Source: a virus
Taxonomy: Duplodnaviria > Heunggongvirae > Uroviricota > Caudoviricetes
IMG/VR virus record: IMGVR_UViG_2778261527_000007
DNA length: 12,961 nucleotides
Strand: one strand, 5' to 3'
How positions within the stretch are numbered: position 1 is the first letter of the stretch; each line of letters opens with the position of its first letter. Below, piece by piece: positions 1-6,238 of the stretch. Below the pieces are notes generated by a model that was given only the letters and a program-made list of their open reading frames with translations, was not told where the DNA came from and made no database searches. The position numbers and the translations under genes were made by a program.

Positions 1-92
1 GTGTTACCTCAGTGTAAAAGTAAAAATGAATATAACCGGAAGAGATAATCCCCAGCCGATACCCAAAGGGCGCGACCGGGGGGCATTTTGCA

Positions 93-1112
93 TTACTTCA
101 GCTTGACGTTCAGCGTGTAGTTCGGGCGCAGGTTCAGAGGGATGAAGCTCGCCTCCTGGTGAATGGTCACCATGCCGTAACGGTCAGTCATTACTTTCTG
201 GTAGAACGGGCTGATCTCGCCTTTCGCGGCGATGTCCTGATTACGGGAAGCCGGGCCGTGTACCAGTTTGAACGGGTTACGGTCAGCGCCGTTAAACTTA
301 GGAACGAACAGGCCGGAACCTTCTTCGCTTTCGTAGCGGTCATCGTCCGCCAGAATGAAAGTAATGTTGCCAATGCTGAAGGAGTCATAACCCGCAGTGT
401 TAACCGGGATCAGAGCGCCTTTTGCAGCTTCCGCCACTTTGTTGGTAATAAGGCTGGTTACTTCCGGGTGGCTCGCCAGTACGTCATACAGATCCGGGGA
501 GCAGAAGCAGAAGAAGCGGTCCAGATAGGAGCGGCTCGCGCCGTACTCTTTAACCAACATGCGGCGAATCTTCGCAAGCTGTGCATACACGTTAGCGCCT
601 GCTGAACCGTCCAGGTTGAAACTCAGCGGATCGGCACCCATCGCCGCGCGAAAGTCGATATCACCGTCGTCAGTCTTAGCCGCTTTCGCTTCCTGTTTGA
701 ACAGGGCGCGGGCCAGCGTACTTTCAACCGTTTCCAGGTGATGGTTACGCATACGGATAGCTTTAGACGCGATCACTTCAGAAATAGCCGCAACCTGATC
801 CGGGTTAGCCGGGCTGATCAGACCTTGCCAATCAGCGGTTTTTACGTCCGCTTCGGTGGCGTAGTGTGGGAGCTCCTGGTCACGCAACAGAGGCTTATCC
901 ATTTTGATGGAGTTAACTTCGGTGCCGTAGCGGGCTACCTGTTCCAGTTCAGAGACTTGAGTCTCTACGATGTCCAGAACTTGAGCGTTTGGAGTGGTGG
1001 AGTTAACACCGGAGAAGATACCCAGATCAGAGATCAGGTAATTACCCGCTGGCACTTGTTTAAGTGCCGCTACGGTGTCCAGCTTTTCAAACTGTTTAAA
1101 ATCAATAGCCAT
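93..1112 (-). CDS. Phage major capsid protein (339 aa; lambda gpE-type family suggested)
   Basis: 339-aa ORF with RBS AAGGAAAT just upstream of the ATG at 1112-1110. It lies 13 nt downstream of a ~120-aa head gene, the classic decoration-then-major-capsid arrangement; size and composition fit gpE-type capsid proteins. Family assignment is by recognition, not search. Confidence 0.7.
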   Translation of the reverse strand: MAIDFKQFEKLDTVAALKQVPAGNYLISDLGIFSGVNSTTPNAQVLDIVETQVSELEQVARYGTEVNSIKMDKPLLRDQELPHYATEADVKTADWQGLISPANPDQVAAISEVIASKAIRMRNHHLETVESTLARALFKQEAKAAKTDDGDIDFRAAMGADPLSFNLDGSAGANVYAQLAKIRRMLVKEYGASRSYLDRFFCFCSPDLYDVLASHPEVTSLITNKVAEAAKGALIPVNTAGYDSFSIGNITFILADDDRYESEEGSGLFVPKFNGADRNPFKLVHGPASRNQDIAAKGEISPFYQKVMTDRYGMVTIHQEASFIPLNLRPNYTLNVKLK

Positions 1113-1124
1113 TGTGTGATTTCC

Positions 1125-1496
1125 TTATGCTTTGAAGTAATCGGCGTTGATAGCCAGGCGAATATCACCGGAGGCTGTCAGCGCTTCCAGTGCGGCTTTT
1201 TTGCTCGCGGCGTCTTTAGCACGTAGGGCAAAATCGGTAATCACAACATGGCGATCCACGATAACCAGAGTCTTAGGCTTGCCATCGGCGGACATATTGG
1301 AAAGGTTGATGATCGGCTTGCCAGCGTCAGCGGCGGCGGAGTCGAACAGTGCAAAAGTTTTGCTGTCCAGGAGGTCACCGCAGAAGACGTCAGCCGGGAG
1401 GCTTGGGGCGGTGACTTCGGTGCGGTCAAACAGGCTGGAGGCGTAATTCACGATTACGTCACCTTGCGTTACCGGGTAGCGCTCGGAAGTTTTCAT
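1125..1496 (-). CDS. Small phage head protein, decoration-like (123 aa)
   Basis: Internal ATG at 1496-1494 preceded by AAGGAAAA, the same RBS context as the capsid gene; the longer track ORF (to 1640) has a Cys/Pro/Arg-rich N-terminal extension that is unlikely to be real. Ala/Ser-rich 123-aa protein immediately upstream of the capsid gene. Confidence 0.55.
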   Translation of the reverse strand: MKTSERYPVTQGDVIVNYASSLFDRTEVTAPSLPADVFCGDLLDSKTFALFDSAAADAGKPIINLSNMSADGKPKTLVIVDRHVVITDFALRAKDAASKKAALEALTASGDIRLAINADYFKA

Positions 1497-1689
1497 AAAG
1501 GTTTTCCTTATGGAGGGTTTTAGACGTGGAGAGAGTCCACAGGGTGATCCGGTGCAACGCCGGATATAAGGACCGCCACAGAGGACAATCCGAATTGTTG
1601 GAAGATGGGAGGCCGTGGGGTGAATAGAAGAGGGCGGCATCCGCGCCGCCCTTTCTAATCTGGCTCTCTCTCACCCTCTAGGGTGGGGG

Positions 1690-1709
1690 GAGGTGTAAAC
1701 CTCTTTTTT
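1690..1709 (+). terminator. Possible intrinsic terminator hairpin (GAGGU-GUAA-ACCUC followed by UUUUUU)
   Basis: 5-bp stem with GNRA-type tetraloop followed by six T. Nothing obviously coding upstream on +, so the role is unclear. Confidence 0.3.
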
Positions 1710-1767
1710 GTGGTCACTCACCCGCCAGCGTCACGGGAGCAACCGCCAGCCGATGGGTAAATAACCA

Positions 1768-1796
1768 CAAAAAAGAACCCGGTAGGAGAGACCGGG
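1768..1796 (-). terminator. Intrinsic terminator upstream of the head gene pair
   Basis: On the - strand: CCCGGU-CUCUCCU-ACCGGG perfect 6-bp GC-rich stem followed by UUCUUUUUUG. Sits ~270 bp upstream of the decoration-like gene start. Confidence 0.45.
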
Positions 1797-2697
1797 AGAA
1801 GACAATGTAACTTACTGTCTGATCACTTGTTTTCCTGTGTAGCCTCAGAGCCTTACATGATTTGCTTTCATGGTTCAGCAAAGAAGCCACAGAGGAAAAC
1901 GGGACGCAACCAACGCCCCGGAAACCATCGACACAAATCAACAGTTTATCGTTGAGACCAGGTAACCAGCCCGGCCCAACTGTGGACCCCTAAAGGGTCA
2001 ATACAATCGAAGGAGATTCCGCTTGTATTCTGAAGAGCCGCAGTTAGCGACGCTTTAAAATAGGGCCTGTGCCGCAAGCCCTATGATTAGAGGCATTTTG
2101 AATCGTAGGAATGTCATCAACTGGCGGAACTTGAGGAGAGGACCGCACACAAAGCATTCTGGCAAGTGGAGTTGAAAGAACGCTTTGGGTGAGGGCCGGG
2201 GACTTGCTGAAGGTTCCCGGCTCTCTTACAGACCCTGACAGGTTGGCTAAAACCCATGTTTCTGTACAGGTGTGAGGCGGCAAGCTGCAAAACGGCGATT
2301 TCGACATACTCACCATATCCCACACCATGTATATTAGTTTAACACGAATGATTATCATTTGCAATAAAAATTAATTGCATTGTGTTGTTTGATATGATAT
2401 GTGAGATTGAGGGCAGATCTGGCGGCAGGTACAGAGGAGCCACACAGAAGAGGGGCGGGAGCATCCCACAGGGGCCACAGGAAAGCCTCCACGGGGTTTT
2501 AATGGGGTAAGATGATAAATGACCTTGTCACAGTGGCGGACGCGCTGGAGAGCTTTACAGGAGGTTGTAGAGGGTGGAGGGATTATTGATTGATAATTGA
2601 ACAGGTGAGAGTGTAATTAATTTTTATTGACAGTCTATAAAGATCATGTTATTTGCGTGTGCATACGCACTCACGCCCGCGCCTCCGCGAACACATC

Positions 2698-2802
2698 TTT
2701 TAAATAAAAGATTTTTATTATAATCGTTCAATCGGACTTTGACAAGTCCTCTTTCACTCTTAAATAAAAGATCTTTTATATAATATCTATCGTTCAATAA
2801 TT
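2698..2802. repeat. AT-rich imperfect direct repeat (two ~40-bp copies, ~60 bp apart)
   Basis: TTAAATAAAAGAT(C)TTTTAT..TAAT..CGTTCAAT occurs at 2698-2735 and 2758-2802. A TTGACA hexamer lies between the copies (2739-2744). Confidence 0.5.
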
Positions 2803-2948
2803 AATCGCTTAGGCTCTTAATTATTTCACTCATATATTATTACCATTAAAACCTTCTCGGCCTGATCGGCCTTACCAGGTTTTAGGCCGTAGGCCTGTTC
2901 CCACAATGTGGAGTCTCGCCTGTGTGGCTCACTCCAGACAGGGACCCC

Positions 2949-3006
2949 GGAAATATTTTCCGGGCAGGGTGGAAGATTTTTCCGGCCTGTTAGGAAATAT
3001 TTTCCG
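2949..3006. repeat. Three phased 14-bp repeats GGAA(A/G)AT(A/T)TTTTCCG at 22-bp spacing
   Basis: Copies at 2949-2962, 2971-2984 and 2993-3006, each a near-palindrome (GGAAA..TTTCC). The 22-bp phasing equals two helical turns, typical of protein-binding arrays (operator, iteron or packaging-site type). Confidence 0.6.
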
Positions 3007-3414
3007 ACAATAAGACTATATATAAAACTACCCATAAGACTAACACCCAGGGGCCAGGTCAAGATCTTTAAGGGAGTGTTGGGGAAATCGTAGATTGATT
3101 GGTAAGAGACTGATCTCTGTTAAGCGTCTTACAGACGCGCCTCTTTGGCAGCGCTCGTACCAGCGAGCAAGACCCCTTTGGAACACCGCACGATGTAAGG
3201 TGACCTCTGGGCGGCGGGGTGGGGTCCCCGGCCCGGCATAACGTACAGAACCACAACCCACAGGAACCCACCTAAACGCGCCGCTGTGGCGCTCTCTCCT
3301 ACGTAGACAAGGAAACACCTTATAAACGCCCTCCGGCGCTCTGAGAGCCTTACAGGGGCTTTCTGTGCCTATAGCACAATAAACAAATGATCGCAAGATA
3401 AATCAATAAAGTTA

Positions 3415-3443
3415 TTGCGAATCATTGTCAAATAGTGTAAAAT
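3415..3443 (+). promoter_or_regulatory. Candidate sigma70 promoter for the + strand operon
   Basis: TTGCGA (3415-3420), 17-bp spacer, TAAAAT (3438-3443), ~75 bp upstream of the first ORF. A second candidate is TTGTGA (3449-3454) / TATATA (3472-3477). Confidence 0.3.
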
Positions 3444-3517
3444 AGATATTGTGACGGGGTAGTTAATCAGGTATATAAATCCCCATCATACTATAACCAA
3501 CCCAGCAGGAGAATGCA

Positions 3518-3943
3518 ATGAGTATTTACCTTGATGTTGAAAAAATGGTTGAACGTGTCGATCAGCGTGATCTGACCCGTAAGACCCTGACAGAAACCCG
3601 CAGCCGGATGAAAGCCGCCGGACGTATGAGAGAAGTAGAAGCGATTACGCAGGCCCTTGAATTGACCAAATCCAGTGCCTCCGGCGTTATGCGCCAGTCT
3701 CAGCGCCTCACAGGTAAAATTACAGAGATGGACGCAGAGAAGGCATTAGAGCTTAAAGCAACCGTTGCGCTGTTCGCTTCCAAGTCTACGGATCTGCAAG
3801 CCTCCATTGTGCTGGCGTTCCAATCCCTCTTTGAGGCTAAAGGCGTGCCGATGGAATATGACGAAGTGATGGCCTACATCATGTTGAATGCGGCGGATCA
3901 GTTTGAGCGTATCACCGGAGAGCTACCCGTAATCGTACATTAA
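3518..3943 (+). CDS. Hypothetical protein (141 aa)
   Basis: First gene of the operon; ATG preceded by AGGAG with a 6-nt spacer. No family recognised. Confidence 0.65.
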   Translation: MSIYLDVEKMVERVDQRDLTRKTLTETRSRMKAAGRMREVEAITQALELTKSSASGVMRQSQRLTGKITEMDAEKALELKATVALFASKSTDLQASIVLAFQSLFEAKGVPMEYDEVMAYIMLNAADQFERITGELPVIVH

Positions 3944-3972
3944 TTTTTAACTTACTTTTTGGAGAGGAAACA

Positions 3973-4158
3973 ATGAGCAAATATCAGCCTTATGTTGATT
4001 TGAGTGATTCCCCTGTGTTGTCAGCGTATGCACAGCAGACGATCAACCAGTTAGACCCCATCCTGTATAGCGACATTTACGAAATGTTGACGCAGGTTAG
4101 CCCCTCCCAAATGGTGACGATTGGCAACCCGGCTATTACCGCCCCGGCGTCATGGTGA
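3973..4158 (+). CDS. Hypothetical small protein (61 aa)
   Basis: ATG preceded by GGAGAGGA; tightly packed after the previous gene. Confidence 0.45.
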   Translation: MSKYQPYVDLSDSPVLSAYAQQTINQLDPILYSDIYEMLTQVSPSQMVTIGNPAITAPASW

Positions 4159-4220
4159 GGTGATTGGTTCGGCCTCAACCTCACCGCTGAAGACATCGCA
4201 GAATTAAAGGAGATTAGCCT

Positions 4221-4409
4221 GTGAGTAAAAATAAAGAGTTGGGGATCAGCTTCGATCCCTATGTGATGGAGCAGCTTTTCGCGTTGGCCTCCACCCGTGA
4301 ACATGGCAGCGTTCACACCATTGTTAAGAAAGCCGTTAGCCAGTACCTGAAAACCGTTAATTCCATCTCTGTTAAGGATTCCCAAAATGACAGCAGCCGC
4401 AGTAAGTAA
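4221..4409 (+). CDS. Ribbon-helix-helix (CopG/Arc-like) DNA-binding protein (62 aa, GTG start)
   Basis: GTG start preceded by AAGGAG. N-terminal pattern ISFDPYVMEQLFALASTREHGSVHTIVKKAVSQYLK fits the beta-strand/helix/loop/helix layout of RHH regulators. Confidence 0.5.
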   Translation: MSKNKELGISFDPYVMEQLFALASTREHGSVHTIVKKAVSQYLKTVNSISVKDSQNDSSRSK

Positions 4410-5049
4410 GCCATTTACCGCAATCCCGCATGACCTTGCGGACATTGAGCTGATCGGAGGCAAGGCGTTTACCATGAACATGGTTTACACCTACAGCCTG
4501 ATCAAAGGTTACCAGGACAATGGGCAAACGGCCTATTTCTCACAAGATCTTTTAGCCCGTCGCCTGGGGGCCACAGATCGAACCGTCCGCAACCTGTTGC
4601 GCGATATGTTGGAGATGGGTCTGATTAACAAGACCGGGCAGATCGGCGGCAAGACCTGCCATTACACAGTTAACCCGATCACCCCGGAAATGGTGGGAAC
4701 CCCTGAAGCCGCCAAACCTGAAGTAACCAAACCAACCGCAGCACCCCAACCGAAGGAGACCGTAGAGAATGCAGGAAGTAACCAGCCTGGAATTGTTAAG
4801 TGTGGATCTGAAAGTGTACATAGAAGCCGCCCGGCGTCGCCTGGAGCTTCTCCTGTGGACCACAGCGGGGGCGCTATTCGTCCCGCTCCTGTCCCTGTGC
4901 CAGTAGAGCAGGGGGCCGCAAACGATGATTTACGCAACCCTGTTATTAATTTTGTGGCTGGCTCTAATGTGATGATGGTCAACGGCTTGCCTGTTGAATA
5001 TCTGGAGCCAGAAGAAAGCGCCGTTGATCAGTTTGGTGATGCTTTCTAA
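4387..5049 (+). CDS. Winged-HTH (HTH_36-like) DNA-binding protein, possible replication initiator or organiser (220 aa)
   Basis: ATG preceded by AAGGA; overlaps the RHH gene by 23 nt. Motif AYFSQDLLARRLGATDRTVRNLLRDMLEMGLI resembles the HTH of phage/plasmid replication proteins, followed by a Pro/Ala-rich linker and an acidic C-terminal domain. Alternative start at ATG 4474. Confidence 0.6.
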   Translation: MTAAAVSKPFTAIPHDLADIELIGGKAFTMNMVYTYSLIKGYQDNGQTAYFSQDLLARRLGATDRTVRNLLRDMLEMGLINKTGQIGGKTCHYTVNPITPEMVGTPEAAKPEVTKPTAAPQPKETVENAGSNQPGIVKCGSESVHRSRPASPGASPVDHSGGAIRPAPVPVPVEQGAANDDLRNPVINFVAGSNVMMVNGLPVEYLEPEESAVDQFGDAF

Positions 5050-5125
5050 AAATCTGCAATTGATTTCCCAATAATAACACTATACACCAAACCCCCGCGC
5101 TTTACAACCCTCTGGAGACTCTCGC

Positions 5126-5692
5126 ATGAATGAATTTATTACAACCAAATTCAAAGCCTTATCCTCTGAGGAAGAGGCCGCAGTTAACGCACTGGCTGAG
5201 AAATTGGCAGCAAACAAGCCCCGCCGGATTATGGATGAGAGCCACTTAACCCCGGATCAAATCCTGAAGATCAAGCGGGCCTGTATTCAGGGCCACAGCG
5301 CTAAAGCCATCCAAGCGGCGTTTAATGTGTCGCTGGCTTACGTCCTGAAAGTAAAGCGCAGCCACAACCCCCAGAAGTACCAAAAGACCCCGCTAACTTT
5401 GGCTGAAAAAGGCGTTATGGCTAAACAGATGGAAGCCGACGGCCTGAGCCTCTCCAAAATGGCGGAACTCCTGGGGATTAACAGTAAGATGGTCTCCCTA
5501 CTTCTTACCCAACCTTCACCCCGTTACCTGGTGGAGCAAATGCTCCCGTATGACCAAGTTTTGCAGAATCTACGCAGCGCCCGCTATGTAGAAAACCCTG
5601 TATACAAAGAGGGGACGAATAAGCGCCGTGTGCGTCTAATCGTTTCTGAAGCACGTCAGCAGACCCGCCAGGCAATCATTAAATCCCGGTAA
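5126..5692 (+). CDS. DNA-binding protein with two predicted HTH motifs (188 aa)
   Basis: ATG preceded by GGAGA. Two HTH-like segments (..GHSAKAIQAAFNVSLAYVLKVKR.. and ..GLSLSKMAELLGINSKMVSLLL..) and a basic C-terminus. Confidence 0.6.
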   Translation: MNEFITTKFKALSSEEEAAVNALAEKLAANKPRRIMDESHLTPDQILKIKRACIQGHSAKAIQAAFNVSLAYVLKVKRSHNPQKYQKTPLTLAEKGVMAKQMEADGLSLSKMAELLGINSKMVSLLLTQPSPRYLVEQMLPYDQVLQNLRSARYVENPVYKEGTNKRRVRLIVSEARQQTRQAIIKSR

Positions 5693-5863
5693 CTATGCCC
5701 AACCCAACGGAATGGGGTCTAAAGGATTATTTAGGCTCCAAACTGGTTAAGCGTCAGACAAGACTCTCTAACTTTCTCGCCTCACTCCTCTACATCCCCT
5801 TTAAACCCGCCTCCCTCTTCCTGTGGGGTGTGGTAATCACTTTACTTATAAGGACCCTCTCAC

Positions 5864-6238
5864 ATGGAAGCATTTAAGAACCTCCTCAATCAGTTGGAAA
5901 TTCAGAAGGCAGAACAGCGCCAGCGGGAAGCCGAAGAGGCAACCAAACAGAACGAACTCCGCAAGGCACAGGCCGATCTGTCACTGGATGAGGCTATCGC
6001 TCTGTACGCCACACAGTTGGAAGCCTCCGCCAATGCCGCAGACAGCGCCCAGAAGGGCCGCGCCATTAAGAGCCGGGGAATTGCTCTGTGTCACAAGGAT
6101 CAGGGATTCAGCGCCAACGGTCGCCCGGTCTCTCTCCTGACCAAATCCGCAGACCTGCCAGCAGGTCACCGCCGGGTAATCATTAACAAGGCAGCAGGGC
6201 GCACCCTGAAGGCTATCAAACTGGAAGGGGATGAATAA
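5864..6238 (+). CDS. Hypothetical protein (124 aa), translationally coupled to the tape-measure-domain gene
   Basis: ATG preceded by AAGGA. Its stop TAA (6236-6238) overlaps the next ATG (6238-6240) as TAATG. N-terminus is coiled-coil-like. Confidence 0.6.
   Translation: MEAFKNLLNQLEIQKAEQRQREAEEATKQNELRKAQADLSLDEAIALYATQLEASANAADSAQKGRAIKSRGIALCHKDQGFSANGRPVSLLTKSADLPAGHRRVIINKAAGRTLKAIKLEGDE

Noticed and set aside
159-1226. Track ORFs on + (159-605, 559-741, 738-1226) and a - ORF (191-388) overlapping the capsid gene
   Set aside because: Antisense or out-of-frame to a well-supported 339-aa capsid gene; Arg/Ser/Ala-rich, no RBS. Likely reading-frame shadows.
1147-1674. ORFs overlapping or antisense to the decoration-like gene, and its N-terminal extension to 1640
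   Set aside because: The extension is Cys/Pro/Arg-rich with no RBS, whereas the internal ATG at 1496 has an AAGGAAAA RBS identical in context to the capsid gene. Antisense ORFs lack translation signals.
2949-3006. Phased repeat array as a CRISPR array
   Set aside because: Only three 14-bp repeats with 8-bp intervening sequences; far too short for CRISPR repeats and spacers, and no cas genes present.
1714-3396. Minus-strand ORFs in the 2-kb gap (1714-1941, 2044-2364, 2117-2323, 2826-3062, 3040-3396, 3068-3271) and + ORF 2908-3093
   Set aside because: Low-complexity Arg/Cys/Pro/Ser-rich translations, no convincing RBS, and they overlap repeat and hairpin elements. No recognisable remnant of portal, protease or terminase was seen, so they were not called as pseudogenes either.
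5695-5877. 60-aa ORF with a hydrophobic segment in the gap between the 188-aa and 124-aa genes
   Set aside because: No RBS and it overlaps the start of the better-supported 124-aa gene. Possible small membrane protein, but evidence is insufficient to call.
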